From: an uncultured Candidatus Saccharibacteria bacterium
GTDB taxonomy: Bacteria > Patescibacteriota > UBA1384 > CAYGGE01
Direction: 5' to 3'
DNA length: 64,000 bases
NCBI GenBank assembly: GCA_964349485.1
Contig: CAYGGE010000004.1
Span: 4,628 to 68,627, forward strand
The notes below the pieces were generated by a model. The model searched no databases and was not told the DNA's origin. It was given only the letters and a program-made list of their open reading frames with translations. The position numbers were made by a program, and so were the translations under genes. Within the stretch, counting starts at the first letter, position 1. Every line of letters begins with the position of its first letter. Below are positions 18,749 through 28,625 of the stretch, piece by piece.

Positions 18749-20215
18749 TCACTGGATAATCACGGTCTTTTCAGCGGTGCCGATACCTACGATCTCACCA
18801 ATAATCTTATAGTTACCGGGCTTCAATGGTGATCGATTGCTTGAGTGGACAAAGCGCCAACCGTGGCGGTAGCCAGCTCTTAGATTGACCTTTGTATCAA
18901 TGGGGGTAAATAATCGTCCGCTTGCCCAATCATAGCTAGTGGCCCCCCGGATTGTATAGTTGGCTTGCTTCTTATTGGGAAAGGTTAACTCGAGTGGCTC
19001 GTCGGTTTGATTATGGATCATGACGTATCCGACGATATCTTCATCCGAAGCATAACGCTCTTTGGTAGTCACGATTTCAATCTGAGCGCCAGCGACCGTT
19101 TCTGAAGGCGCGGCAACGACCGTAGCCGCCGCAATAGTCACTTGCTCTTGCGTGGTTACGGCTGCGATCGGTGGGTTGGTATTCGAGCCAAGAACAGAAT
19201 CAAGCGCTGAGCTAATTGCCGAGCCAATAGCTGAACCGATAGTGGATTTGTCAGATGGAGCTGAACCCAACAATTCTTCCTTTATCGTGACGGTCTTACC
19301 TGGAGTCGGGGTCGGTGAACTTTTCGACGCGGTTTGACTGGAGCCTGCTGCAGTCGGGGTCGAAGCAGGAGCCGGAACGGGTGTCGGGGTGGGGGTCGGA
19401 GTGGGTGTTGGAGTTGGAGTGTTAGACGTATAGTCGATGACTAACTTTGGCCGTTCACTGGCTGTGCTGCCGTCTGATGAGACAAAATTATAGGTACCTG
19501 CTTCTGTAAAAGTGACGAAACCTAATCTTAACCCGTAATTAGAAATTGCACCACTTGCCCAGTCACGGACTAAGTTGGTAATACTAAAGGTTTGAGGTCC
19601 ACTTCCCGATGGTGTGATATCAACTCGGTAGGTACTATCCGAATCAATACTTGGTTGATCGTTCCAATTCACCATAGATTCGTCCCAGCTGGTGGTGACG
19701 CGGTGGAGTCTAATATCTGGTGTCTCGTTGGTATTATATGCTGGCGTTACGACTAAGCTTGCCGAGTTAATTGTTGCCCCATCGGGAATATCGCCGAGCG
19801 GAAACTGGATGAGGCTGAAATAGCCGCCAGCACCACCTGAAGCATAGACTTGTATCGTCTCTTCTGATCCGTGGGTATCGTTACTCAAATATTCTAGCCA
19901 AGAATCCTTACCGTCGGTCCCATTAGGCTGAATTGTCAGGGTTGTAGCATGGCTGGTTTGCGGATAGGCAAAAATAGCCACTCCAATATTGATTACCGTA
20001 GTTACAACCATCAAGAAAGCCACAGATTTGTGAATACTTGACGTGTGGGGATTGAGGTGCCAACGGTAATAAGACCGACTGCGCATTCGTAGCCAGTTGT
20101 GGGCACGAATGAATGCGGGATGTGCCGTTTTTGTCGAGAGCTGTACCCGATTAATGGCGGTGTCTAGATCGTACGTTGAATGAATGTGAAAGATAATTCC
20201 CTCCACATTTAGCAT
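18749..20215 (-). CDS. Secreted or surface protein with a Pro-Thr linker
   Basis: Membrane anchor or signal, then beta-rich domains and a (TP)n low-complexity linker. The true start may be an internal Met. Confidence 0.5.
   Translation of the reverse strand: MLNVEGIIFHIHSTYDLDTAINRVQLSTKTAHPAFIRAHNWLRMRSRSYYRWHLNPHTSSIHKSVAFLMVVTTVINIGVAIFAYPQTSHATTLTIQPNGTDGKDSWLEYLSNDTHGSEETIQVYASGGAGGYFSLIQFPLGDIPDGATINSASLVVTPAYNTNETPDIRLHRVTTSWDESMVNWNDQPSIDSDSTYRVDITPSGSGPQTFSITNLVRDWASGAISNYGLRLGFVTFTEAGTYNFVSSDGSTASERPKLVIDYTSNTPTPTPTPTPTPTPVPAPASTPTAAGSSQTASKSSPTPTPGKTVTIKEELLGSAPSDKSTIGSAIGSAISSALDSVLGSNTNPPIAAVTTQEQVTIAAATVVAAPSETVAGAQIEIVTTKERYASDEDIVGYVMIHNQTDEPLELTFPNKKQANYTIRGATSYDWASGRLFTPIDTKVNLRAGYRHGWRFVHSSNRSPLKPGNYKIIGEIVGIGTAEKTVIIQ
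19375..19422. repeat. Short tandem G/T-rich repeat encoding a (Thr-Pro)n linker on the minus strand
   Basis: GGGGTCGGAGTGGGTGTTGGAGTTGGAGT units inside CDS 18749..20215. Confidence 0.6.
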
Positions 20216-20310
20216 ACCACACAGGATGCATCGTGAGGATAAGGTATCCGATCATCTGCGTTGAACTAGCTAAACAAAAATGAGATACTGATCACTAGTC
20301 TGGAGGACGT

Positions 20311-21522
20311 GTGAAATATATTTTCTCATATAAACCGTTAATGGTTGGCTTAGTTTCATTGGCTTTGGTTGCCGGCACCTATTTGTTTGGCTACTCTGTT
20401 GGCCATCAAAATCTAGCGTTCGAGAAGGGCTATCAGCCAAAAATCATTAACACAAACCTAGGCAAGCCCAAAGACATTTCTTTTGATCTGTTTTGGGAAG
20501 TTTGGTCGGAGATCCAGAGCAAGTTTGCTGGGAAGATTGATACCAAACAGATGGTTTACGGAGCGATTAATGGCGCCCTTCGCAGCCTTGATGATCCCTA
20601 TACATTATATATGCCACCCGATGAAGCGAAACGATTCAACCAGGATCTGAGTGGGCACTTTGACGGGATAGGCGCGGAGATTCAAGAAAAAGATGATTCG
20701 ATTGTCGTTGTGGCCCCGCTTGAAGATTCGCCGGCAGCGAAGGCCGGACTACGACCACTCGACATCATTCACAAAATCGATGGCACCGATACAACAAACA
20801 TGACTGTCAGTTCGGCTGTCGACAAGATTCGGGGCATGAAGGGTACAGTCGTTCTGCTGACCATCGTTCGCGAAGGAGCAACTGCGCCATTGGAGATTCC
20901 GGTCACCCGCGATACGATTGTAGTCAAGTCGGTAAAGTGGGAAATAAAAGACGAAAACATTGGCTATATTAAGATCAGCCAATTTGGGGAAGATACCAAA
21001 GGATTGGTGGGTAAAGCGCTTGATGAAATGCTCGTCAAGCAACCTAAAGGTCTGATTGTTGACGTTCGCAATAATCCCGGCGGCTTCTTAGATACGGCTG
21101 TCGACGTCAGTAGTCTTTTCTTGAAGGAACGGGGCACCATCGTTAAAGATATTGACAAAGTTGGCCACGTTGGCGAGTATAAAGCGACCAGTAATGCAAA
21201 ATATACCGAGACGCCAATGATTATCTTGGCTAATAGTGGTTCAGCTTCAGCCAGTGAGATTTTTACTGGGGCGTTGCAGGACTACGGTCGGGCGACGTTT
21301 ATCGGTGAGAAAACATATGGCAAAGGGTCTGTCCAAGAGCTCGAATCAGTCTCTGGGGGTGGTGCTGTTCGGATTACTATTGCTGAGTGGCTTACGCCTA
21401 AAGGTCGTCACATCAACAAGCTCGGACTGAAACCCGATATTGAGGTCAAATTAAGTGAGGATGACTATAAGAGCAAGCGCGATCCGCAATTGGAGCGGGC
21501 GATCAAGGAACTGTCGAAATAA
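20311..21522 (+). CDS. ctpA: Carboxy-terminal processing protease (S41 family) with a PDZ domain
   Basis: PDZ region GIGAEIQ...AGLRPLDIIHKIDG and catalytic region NPGGFL...GSASASEIFTGALQD...TFIGEKTYGKG. GTG start with a GGAGGA SD. Confidence 0.85.
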   Translation: MKYIFSYKPLMVGLVSLALVAGTYLFGYSVGHQNLAFEKGYQPKIINTNLGKPKDISFDLFWEVWSEIQSKFAGKIDTKQMVYGAINGALRSLDDPYTLYMPPDEAKRFNQDLSGHFDGIGAEIQEKDDSIVVVAPLEDSPAAKAGLRPLDIIHKIDGTDTTNMTVSSAVDKIRGMKGTVVLLTIVREGATAPLEIPVTRDTIVVKSVKWEIKDENIGYIKISQFGEDTKGLVGKALDEMLVKQPKGLIVDVRNNPGGFLDTAVDVSSLFLKERGTIVKDIDKVGHVGEYKATSNAKYTETPMIILANSGSASASEIFTGALQDYGRATFIGEKTYGKGSVQELESVSGGGAVRITIAEWLTPKGRHINKLGLKPDIEVKLSEDDYKSKRDPQLERAIKELSK

Positions 21523-21552
21523 CCTAACTATCGAAGCTGCCATTACTGGAGC

Positions 21553-21981
21553 ATGCCGATGAAAATTATCTTCCTCAAGGACGTAAAAAACGTGGGCAAG
21601 AAAGGTGAGACCAAGGATGTGGCAGATGGCTTTTATCGTAATCTTCTCGCGCCCAAAGCTTTAGCTGTGCCAGTTGGCGACACCCGAGCCCAGGTTCTTC
21701 GACGAGATATCGACAAGTCAGTGCAAGCTAAACTTAACGAAGCAGAACGTCTGAAACAAGCTGCCGCTAAAATTGACGGGACGAAGCTGACCTTGAAGGC
21801 TAAAGCACAGGGCACCAAATTGTTTGGGGCCGTCCGCGAAGCTGAAGTTGCCGCCGCTCTTGGTGTTGATAAACATCAAATCAAGATGGAACCGATCAAA
21901 ACGATCGGTGAGCATGACATTACGCTTCACCTAGGTCATGGTACGAGCGCAACGGTTACGGTCATTGTATTGCCAGACTAA
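21553..21981 (+). CDS. rplI: 50S ribosomal protein L9
   Basis: [36 protein letters not shown]. Confidence 0.85.
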   Translation: MPMKIIFLKDVKNVGKKGETKDVADGFYRNLLAPKALAVPVGDTRAQVLRRDIDKSVQAKLNEAERLKQAAAKIDGTKLTLKAKAQGTKLFGAVREAEVAAALGVDKHQIKMEPIKTIGEHDITLHLGHGTSATVTVIVLPD

Positions 21982-22028
21982 ACGAGCACCGTTTGCTTCT
22001 GCTATAATGTAGAAAAGTAAGGTGGGAT

Positions 22029-22637
22029 ATGGTCAATAACCGTCCTTTTTTCGGGCCTGTCGAATATGCGCTACTCGGGGGGATCATTATCTTGACGATC
22101 TCTGGGGTTACGCTAGTTGGGGTAACAGGAATCATTTCAATACCTGGTGTCCCTATTTTGTTTGCTGATCGACCAATCGAAACGGTCGCTAAACCACCGG
22201 TCATTAAGCGATTAGCCAGCCCGAGGCCATTTCAAGATTCAAGCTTACTGGACGATGTGCCCAGTCCTTCACCGTCGCTTACTGTCTCATCTAGCCCAAG
22301 CCCTACAGTCGATATCGATAATCAACGGATTGACGGTTTGACCCAGATCCAGCTAGCCCTAACTCAACGAGCTAAGACAATCAAGACCGGACCAAAGTAT
22401 CCCATCTCCGAAACCTTTACTAAGGGTAATACCTCAGATACAGCATCGCCCCTCGCTGTGCTCGTGCCCACTTACCTAGCTACTGGCCTACCAGTTGACC
22501 CTGAGAGCCCAGCGGCCTTTTACGGGTATAAATCTGACGGCCAAACTTTTGAACTGACAGCCAAGCTCAGCAATACCAAGAATCCTGCCGGGAAATTTGT
22601 CGGTGATACCTATCTTTACGTACTAAAGAATCAGTAG
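22029..22637 (+). CDS. Hypothetical secreted protein
   Basis: N-terminal TM/signal followed by a Ser/Pro-rich region. Confidence 0.4.
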   Translation: MVNNRPFFGPVEYALLGGIIILTISGVTLVGVTGIISIPGVPILFADRPIETVAKPPVIKRLASPRPFQDSSLLDDVPSPSPSLTVSSSPSPTVDIDNQRIDGLTQIQLALTQRAKTIKTGPKYPISETFTKGNTSDTASPLAVLVPTYLATGLPVDPESPAAFYGYKSDGQTFELTAKLSNTKNPAGKFVGDTYLYVLKNQ

Positions 22638-22689
22638 CGGACTTGGTTAGGATGTGTTATATTAAGGCCTAACTACGAAAGGAAATAAG

Positions 22690-23262
22690 ATGACTGTGTA
22701 TATCGTTGCTGGTGTTATTGTACTGTTTGTCCTCTGGCTTATCGGGATCTACAATGGCCTGACCGTCTCAAAGACGCGCGTCGACGAGGCTTGGAGTGAC
22801 ATTGACGTTCAATTGAAACGTCGCTACGATCTAATCCCTAACTTGGTTGAGACAGTAAAGGGTTATGCCACTCACGAGAAAACGGCCTTTGAATCAGTCA
22901 CGAAGGCTCGAACTGCGGCGATGAGTGCCAAAAGCCCAGAGCGTAAGGGCGATGCTGAGAACATGTTGAGCGAAGCATTAAAGAGCATCATTGCGATCGC
23001 CGAAGCCTATCCAGACTTGAAGGCGAACGAAAACTTCAAGCAACTTCAAGATGAACTATCCGATACCGAGAACAAAGTCCAAGCGGCTCGTCGATTCTAC
23101 AACGGCAATGTGCGTGACTTCAACATTAAAACCCAATTATTCCCGGCCAACATGGTTGCTGGTATGCTAGGCTTCGCCAGTCGTGAGTTCTTTGAGTTGG
23201 AAGCTGATGAACAGGCCGCTAAGCAACCAGTGAAGGTTGATTTTAACGATAAAACCGCTTAA
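22690..23262 (+). CDS. lemA: LemA family protein
   Basis: N-terminal TM followed by the LemA-typical ...YNGLTVSKTRVDEAWSDIDVQLKRRYDLIPNLVETVKGYATHE. Confidence 0.8.
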   Translation: MTVYIVAGVIVLFVLWLIGIYNGLTVSKTRVDEAWSDIDVQLKRRYDLIPNLVETVKGYATHEKTAFESVTKARTAAMSAKSPERKGDAENMLSEALKSIIAIAEAYPDLKANENFKQLQDELSDTENKVQAARRFYNGNVRDFNIKTQLFPANMVAGMLGFASREFFELEADEQAAKQPVKVDFNDKTA

Positions 23263-23276
23263 CTAATTAGTTGAGT

Positions 23277-23783
23277 ATGGAAAAGCAAGTTTTATCAGAT
23301 TTACAACCGGATGAGTTGACTGTCGGGTTAGCTGAGCAAGCGCCGGAGACTAATGGCCGGCTGTTTGATTCCCTTAAATCGGTGATTGACGTAGTATATG
23401 ATCAGACTGAGTTGAAATGTCAGCAGTGCGAACAGGTATATATCCAGGCACTACTGCAGATAAAGAAGAATATATCGAGACAACACGATGCTGCTATCGA
23501 AGTGCAGCTTGAGCTGTTAGAAGGTTTATATTTAGACTTCATTAGTCAATATGATGATATTGTCCATACTATCGATCAATATGAAGGACAACTGCAGGCA
23601 TTTACCTCGGATGTCACAATGAGCGATTTGGTCGCGCAACCGGCCATGAGAACACGGATAAATCACTTACAACTTGTGCTACTTGAATCGGTCAAGGATT
23701 TGCAGGCCAGGTTTGAGGTCTTGCAGGCATACGTCTTAGTCACTCTTGAACAGACCGACAGTGAGAGGTTGTACCCGAATTAA
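23277..23783 (+). CDS. Hypothetical protein, acidic and helical
   Basis: ORF directly after lemA; no recognisable motif. Confidence 0.4.
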   Translation: MEKQVLSDLQPDELTVGLAEQAPETNGRLFDSLKSVIDVVYDQTELKCQQCEQVYIQALLQIKKNISRQHDAAIEVQLELLEGLYLDFISQYDDIVHTIDQYEGQLQAFTSDVTMSDLVAQPAMRTRINHLQLVLLESVKDLQARFEVLQAYVLVTLEQTDSERLYPN

Positions 23784-23807
23784 TCGATAATCTTAGTTTT
23801 TTTCGTT

Positions 23808-23840
23808 TTGAGGGGGTGGCCAAACCGACCACCCCCTCAA
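23808..23840. terminator. Strong hairpin, probable terminator, at the left edge of a GC-rich islet
   Basis: TTGAGGGGGTGG-ccaaaccga-CCACCCCCTCAA, a perfect 12-bp stem. Confidence 0.5.
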
Positions 23841-23854
23841 ATTTGACTACTCGC

Positions 23855-24373
23855 CTATTTTGCCAGACGGTAGCAGTGTTCGCCCGGCACTATCGGTTGG
23901 CAGCTCACGCGACGGTTAGCGGCTTGGTCGGCCAGCATCTCATCTTCAGTATTGTATGTGCATATAGCGAAGATGATCGGGCAGGTGACTTGGCGATCTA
24001 TCACGTGCCCGGTGATGTCTACGGTCAGTATGACCCGGGCACCCCCCCAGTATTGGCTTCTTTCACTAGTTGTGCAGGTCCAACATACAATTGGACTACA
24101 GGGAGACGCTTCGACGCGCGCCTTCCATACCTCATGAGTATCGAACGTGGTCCTGCATCTATTACAGGTCACTTGCTCGGCAGGGCTGATACGTTCGATT
24201 ACCCCGTTACAGTGTTGACAGTTTACCCGCGCACCCCTGGCATTTGGCGGCGGTGTCGGTTGGGCACATGCCGGACAAGTGATGAGTGCGATACTTGTCA
24301 CCTCATCAATCCACAAACATGACATCGAAGCTACCTGGGCACACCTTGCCCACCTTTCGTCAGTATAGTACAT
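23855..24373 (-). CDS. Cys-rich zinc-ribbon protein (four CxxC pairs), function unknown
   Basis: CPAC...CQHC...CNRC...CWTC. Local GC is about 55-65% against roughly 40-50% in flanking housekeeping genes. The overlapping plus-strand ORF is judged a shadow. Confidence 0.5.
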   Translation of the reverse strand: MYYTDERWARCAQVASMSCLWIDEVTSIALITCPACAQPTPPPNARGARVNCQHCNGVIERISPAEQVTCNRCRTTFDTHEVWKARVEASPCSPIVCWTCTTSERSQYWGGARVILTVDITGHVIDRQVTCPIIFAICTYNTEDEMLADQAANRRVSCQPIVPGEHCYRLAK

Positions 24374-24494
24374 CTGTTACAGCACTTTGTCTAGGTTAGT
24401 AGGCAGTGGTTGCAGTGTGAAGCAACTGCAGTAGGCTTGACGCAGTCGTGGGCGATCCATTTGGACCGCCCACGATTGTAGACAGACTGAGTGC

Positions 24495-24908
24495 TCACCG
24501 TTCGACGATGAAGCAGGTTGCGGGGAAGGGTCTGGTCAGGTCATATTCGACATGAGGCCGATCATCACAATTGGGCTTGACTTGTGAGTATATCCCGATT
24601 TGTCCATCGACAGTGACTCGAAGATATACTCTTGACCTAGTTTGACCCCTGTCCCTTGCGGCCTGCGTACAACCTTCGCACAGGACGTAAGCCCCACTGG
24701 GCTGACGATATGCGTACTGGAACCATTCAGAGTCCAGCACGATTGGTGTTTGGCAGGCTGGGCAGTTACGATCAGATGGTGGGGCGACCCAGCCAATCGA
24801 CATCGCACAGCTCGGACATGCCGCGCTTCCTCCGATTGGAGGTTGGTTCATTCGTTTTTTACACGAGGGACATGCGATATCATTGTCCCTAGGTGCGAAC
24901 TGAGCCAT
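24495..24908 (-). CDS. Cys-rich zinc-ribbon protein, paralog of the previous
   Basis: CPSC...CPSC...CPAC...CEGC plus a shared C-terminal RV.L.V..G.I...QV motif. Start taken at MAQFAP; the track's upstream extension starts at TTG. Confidence 0.5.
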   Translation of the reverse strand: MAQFAPRDNDIACPSCKKRMNQPPIGGSAACPSCAMSIGWVAPPSDRNCPACQTPIVLDSEWFQYAYRQPSGAYVLCEGCTQAARDRGQTRSRVYLRVTVDGQIGIYSQVKPNCDDRPHVEYDLTRPFPATCFIVER

Positions 24909-25028
24909 CTTGCTACCTAGGCACGAGTTGCCTACCTTTCGTAGCCAAAGGATAGAATATATTACTAATTCTGTCCAGTCCTTACCAACCTCCCGATGGG
25001 TGACAGGTGAGATATGGTTTAGTATAGT

Positions 25029-26345
25029 ATGTTTATGATTCAAGCGTTACGACAGTTTTTTTCGATGAAGGCAGTTAGCAAATCACCGTGGTCCTATGTT
25101 GGCCTTGCCGTCATCGGCTTCTTTATATTCCTTCGTTGCTGGCGAATCAACTTACCGGCCGAAACCGTTTTCGATGAAGTTTATTTTCCAAAGATGGCGT
25201 ACCAGTACTTAACCGGCGAGACCTTCTTTGATATTCACCCACCCATAGGGAAACTGATTATTGCACTAGGGGAAATGATCTTTGGTAATACGCAACTTGG
25301 CTGGCGGATTATGCCACTGTTAGCTGGCATTGCCACAATTCCGGTAGCCTTCTGGACGAGCTACCAGGTATTTGCCGATAAGCGGGCGGGCTTTTTAACA
25401 GCTTTTCTTGTCGCCATTGACGGTCTGTTCATCGTTTACTCCCGAACTGGATTGATGGACGGTTTTTTAATCCTTTTCGGGCTGGCAGCCTTCGGCTATG
25501 CTTTTCAGTTCCGCCTACGGCGCCTCAAAGGTCAGTCGGCCTGGGGTCCGTTGCTCCTGACCGGTCTGTTTGCCGGTTTGGCGCTCGCCGTGAAGTGGAT
25601 CGGAGCGGGGTTTCTTCCGGTTGTCGCCTTGATTACGCTATCAACTCTCGTCTTCACCAAAGAGCGCCGGTCTGATGCTAGCGATTATCTCGTCTGGTTT
25701 GGCTCGTTAGTCGTACTACCGATAGTTCTCTACACCGTTCCATTCCTGGCTAACTGGCAGACTGACTTTTGGAATCAATTCATTACCTGGCATAAACAGT
25801 CTTGGCAGTACAATGTGAACCTTGATGCTACCCATCCCTATTCATCCAAGTGGTGGAGTTGGCCATTCTTGGTCCGGCCGATTTGGTTTTACTACAAGAG
25901 TGTGGATGCCCATATCATCGGGGTAGATGCGATCGGTAACCCCTTGGTATGGTGGAGTAGCACTCTCTCGGTCGTATATACCTTGATGGTCTTAGCATAT
26001 ACCGCGTTGATTCATAACCGAACCGAAGCGCCACTTGTTGAGAAGAAATACATTTACTCACTCCTAGCAGTCACTAGTGGTTGGGCAGCCTTCTATCTCC
26101 CATGGTCAGTAGTTGGCCGGGTTCTCTTTCTCTATCATTATTTTGCCAGCTATCTCTTCGCCTTATTATTGACAGGCTTCTGGCTTGGTCAAGTCTATAG
26201 CGTCAGTCGCCCGTTGCGTTACTTGGTTATCGCGCTTCTAGCTGCGTTTGTCACTTCTGGACTGTTCTTCGCCCCAATCTGGATCGCCCACCCCATCTCT
26301 CAGAGCTGGTTTGATCGCTTAATGTGGTTTAGGTCGTGGATCTAG
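25029..26345 (+). CDS. GT39/PMT-family (dolichyl-phosphate-mannose protein mannosyltransferase-like) membrane glycosyltransferase
   Basis: DEVYF acidic motif in the first loop, about 11 TM helices, and the conserved PMT region HPPIGKLIIALG. Confidence 0.7.
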   Translation: MFMIQALRQFFSMKAVSKSPWSYVGLAVIGFFIFLRCWRINLPAETVFDEVYFPKMAYQYLTGETFFDIHPPIGKLIIALGEMIFGNTQLGWRIMPLLAGIATIPVAFWTSYQVFADKRAGFLTAFLVAIDGLFIVYSRTGLMDGFLILFGLAAFGYAFQFRLRRLKGQSAWGPLLLTGLFAGLALAVKWIGAGFLPVVALITLSTLVFTKERRSDASDYLVWFGSLVVLPIVLYTVPFLANWQTDFWNQFITWHKQSWQYNVNLDATHPYSSKWWSWPFLVRPIWFYYKSVDAHIIGVDAIGNPLVWWSSTLSVVYTLMVLAYTALIHNRTEAPLVEKKYIYSLLAVTSGWAAFYLPWSVVGRVLFLYHYFASYLFALLLTGFWLGQVYSVSRPLRYLVIALLAAFVTSGLFFAPIWIAHPISQSWFDRLMWFRSWI

Positions 26346-26379
26346 TGTATCGTTAATCGTAGTAAGGGAGGGAATTAGG

Positions 26380-27063
26380 GTGAACAAGGGAACCGCAAAG
26401 GACGAGCACTATCCCAAGGCTGTCATCTTCGATGTCGATGGTCTCTTGGTTGACTCAGATGACTTAACTTTTGTCGTTGTCCAAGACGCACTACGGCATG
26501 ATTTTAACAAACGGCTAACCAAACATGTCTTTAGTCAATATTTTGGTCTGACTAGACACTACTTTACCGAGGCAATTAGTGAACATTATGGCCTAGCTAA
26601 GCACGAGCGCCAACTCTTTGCCGAGATCCGCAATAACCTTCATTACGAAGCTGTACAGTTGAAACCAGGGGCCAGTGCGTTACTTACCTATCTCGAAGCG
26701 AATGGTGTGCCAATGGGTTTGGCTACCAATGGGGTGCCCGGCAGTTTGTCGGCGAAAATAGATCATCTCGAGATCAAACCATTTTTCCAGGAGATAATCT
26801 TAGCTAACGAGGTGCCTCATCCGAAGCCTGAACCAGATATCTACGAAGCTATGGCCAAGCGCCTCATGCTTTCGGTACACGAACTACTGGTTCTAGAGGA
26901 CAGCCAAGTTGGTGTTGAGGCGGCCGTTGCCGCTGGTTGTGACGTCTATTTCGTGCCCAATCACTACATTACAAACGCGATTCACATAGCTAGAGAGCAT
27001 GATATTCTGCTGTTTACAAACCTTCAAGCAGTGCTTAAGCATTTGCAGCATCTCGAAAAGTAG
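26380..27063 (+). CDS. HAD-superfamily hydrolase (beta-phosphoglucomutase-like subfamily IA)
   Basis: Motif I AVIFDVDGLLVDSD. GTG start with an AAGGGAGGG SD. Confidence 0.75.
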   Translation: MNKGTAKDEHYPKAVIFDVDGLLVDSDDLTFVVVQDALRHDFNKRLTKHVFSQYFGLTRHYFTEAISEHYGLAKHERQLFAEIRNNLHYEAVQLKPGASALLTYLEANGVPMGLATNGVPGSLSAKIDHLEIKPFFQEIILANEVPHPKPEPDIYEAMAKRLMLSVHELLVLEDSQVGVEAAVAAGCDVYFVPNHYITNAIHIAREHDILLFTNLQAVLKHLQHLEK

Positions 27064-27130
27064 CTAGTCATACGCATAAACTCTTATCTGACGATAAAAA
27101 TGATGTTATTCTATATAAAAGAAGGCAGGG

Positions 27131-28570
27131 ATGCGGATATTCCAAGTAGCACTCAGTTTAGCTCTGTGGTCGTTGTTGGCTTTCCCCGCGCCGGTCGCGC
27201 CGGTCGCGGCGGTTACGGTAGGTGACAACGCTACGTTAGTCCAAGACGTGACCATCCGATCCGATGGTCGGTTGTTTGTCGATGGAGTTGCCTCACGCAA
27301 ACCGAAAATTGAGCTCACGGACAGTCGAACCATCTTTAGATATAAAGTAGTCGACCAGCCAAAGACACTCTACCAAGATGTGCTTGTTCGGGTCAACTTG
27401 CCGTTTGGAGTCACAACCGAGCAGGTGAAGCCGACATTTTATGCTGTCCACAGTGTTAGCGAATATCATACCAAGGTTACAGGTGACTCTCAGCTGGAGT
27501 TTCAGGCTTCATATGTCGGTACCGATGCGACGTTAACTATTGTCATTGAGCTACCTAAAGGTGCCTTGAGTTTGAGCGTTTTCCAGAGAGTAGCTGTTGC
27601 GTTAGATGGTTTACCGCTAGGAGCATGGCTTGTGATTGCCATTGTTGTCCCACTACTGATGTTGCTATTTGCGCTCTACTTGGTTATTCAGCGACTCAGG
27701 GATATACAGCTCAAACCGTTTATCAAGAAGGTTACTGATCGGCCATCAACCCTGCCACCAGCCTTTGTTGGCACGCTACTACGAGGCTATGTTGGTGAGC
27801 GAGAGATCGCGGCGACGCTAGTTGATCTGGCGCATCGGGGTTATATCGATATTATCTACAGTGAACAGGCTGGTTTTAGTTTCAGTCGCAAACGGGACTG
27901 GACGACTGACCAGACGCTTTTACCTTTTGAACGCCTTTTTCTCGACCAACTGGTCAGCAATAATCTAATCGCCGGGGCGGCAGACATTACCTCACGTTTA
28001 AATGCCCACATCTGGAGCGATACGGTCACTGCGGCAGTCGATAGTGTCTATGAGCAGATGAGCAGTCTCGGTTATTTTCAAGGTAACCCCCAGCAGTCGC
28101 ATTTAGCGATACGCGCGACGGGGGTGACGATCTTCTTCCTATCGATCGCCGGTCTGGCTTTGAGTCTACTTTATGTCGATCAGCAACCGTTGATCGTGTT
28201 GCCTTGGATTGTTAGCCTCGCAGTTACACCGTTCATGATTCGGCTTTCCTTATTGGTGCCTCACCGCACTCCCGCCGGACGAGATGCGGCTAGTCGTTGG
28301 CTAGGGTATCGTAACTACCTCCAGACGGTGGCGATCGATTATAGCGATCAGCTCGATGCCTACGAGCAGTACTTGGCTCTGGCCATTGCCCTTGGAGTCG
28401 AGCGCGAATGGACAGCACACTTCACTGGTCAACCCTGTCGAGTACCCGACTGGTTTTTCAGCCAAGGCGCCTATATCGACTCATATCCAAAACTGGTTAA
28501 CCTAGTTTTCAAAATTGTTGGCCAAATCAGTCAAAAGTTCTCTTTCGCCCGAAAGCCAACGGCGGTATAA
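27131..28570 (+). CDS. DUF2207 family membrane protein
   Basis: Signal peptide, large extracytoplasmic domain, TM helix, then YVGEREIAATLVDLAHRGYIDI and C-terminal TM helices. Confidence 0.6.
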   Translation: MRIFQVALSLALWSLLAFPAPVAPVAAVTVGDNATLVQDVTIRSDGRLFVDGVASRKPKIELTDSRTIFRYKVVDQPKTLYQDVLVRVNLPFGVTTEQVKPTFYAVHSVSEYHTKVTGDSQLEFQASYVGTDATLTIVIELPKGALSLSVFQRVAVALDGLPLGAWLVIAIVVPLLMLLFALYLVIQRLRDIQLKPFIKKVTDRPSTLPPAFVGTLLRGYVGEREIAATLVDLAHRGYIDIIYSEQAGFSFSRKRDWTTDQTLLPFERLFLDQLVSNNLIAGAADITSRLNAHIWSDTVTAAVDSVYEQMSSLGYFQGNPQQSHLAIRATGVTIFFLSIAGLALSLLYVDQQPLIVLPWIVSLAVTPFMIRLSLLVPHRTPAGRDAASRWLGYRNYLQTVAIDYSDQLDAYEQYLALAIALGVEREWTAHFTGQPCRVPDWFFSQGAYIDSYPKLVNLVFKIVGQISQKFSFARKPTAV

Positions 28571-28625
28571 CAATACTTGATTTATCCTTGGGTTGCGATA
28601 AGCTAATAACTCATGGAATTGCTTT

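Noticed and set aside
19375-19422. Short tandem repeats that could suggest a CRISPR-like array
   Set aside because: The units are 6-12 bp G/T-rich repeats inside a CDS and encode a (Thr-Pro)n linker. There are no spacers of unique sequence. The same applies to the PT/PS linker regions in 53062..57358. No CRISPR array was seen anywhere in the window.
23816-24322. 168-aa plus-strand ORF completely overlapping the minus-strand zinc-ribbon gene
   Set aside because: High-GC DNA gives long ORFs on both strands. This one starts at a GTG inside the terminator hairpin, has no SD, and has a low-complexity composition. The minus-strand frame carries four regularly spaced CxxC pairs and a paralog next door.
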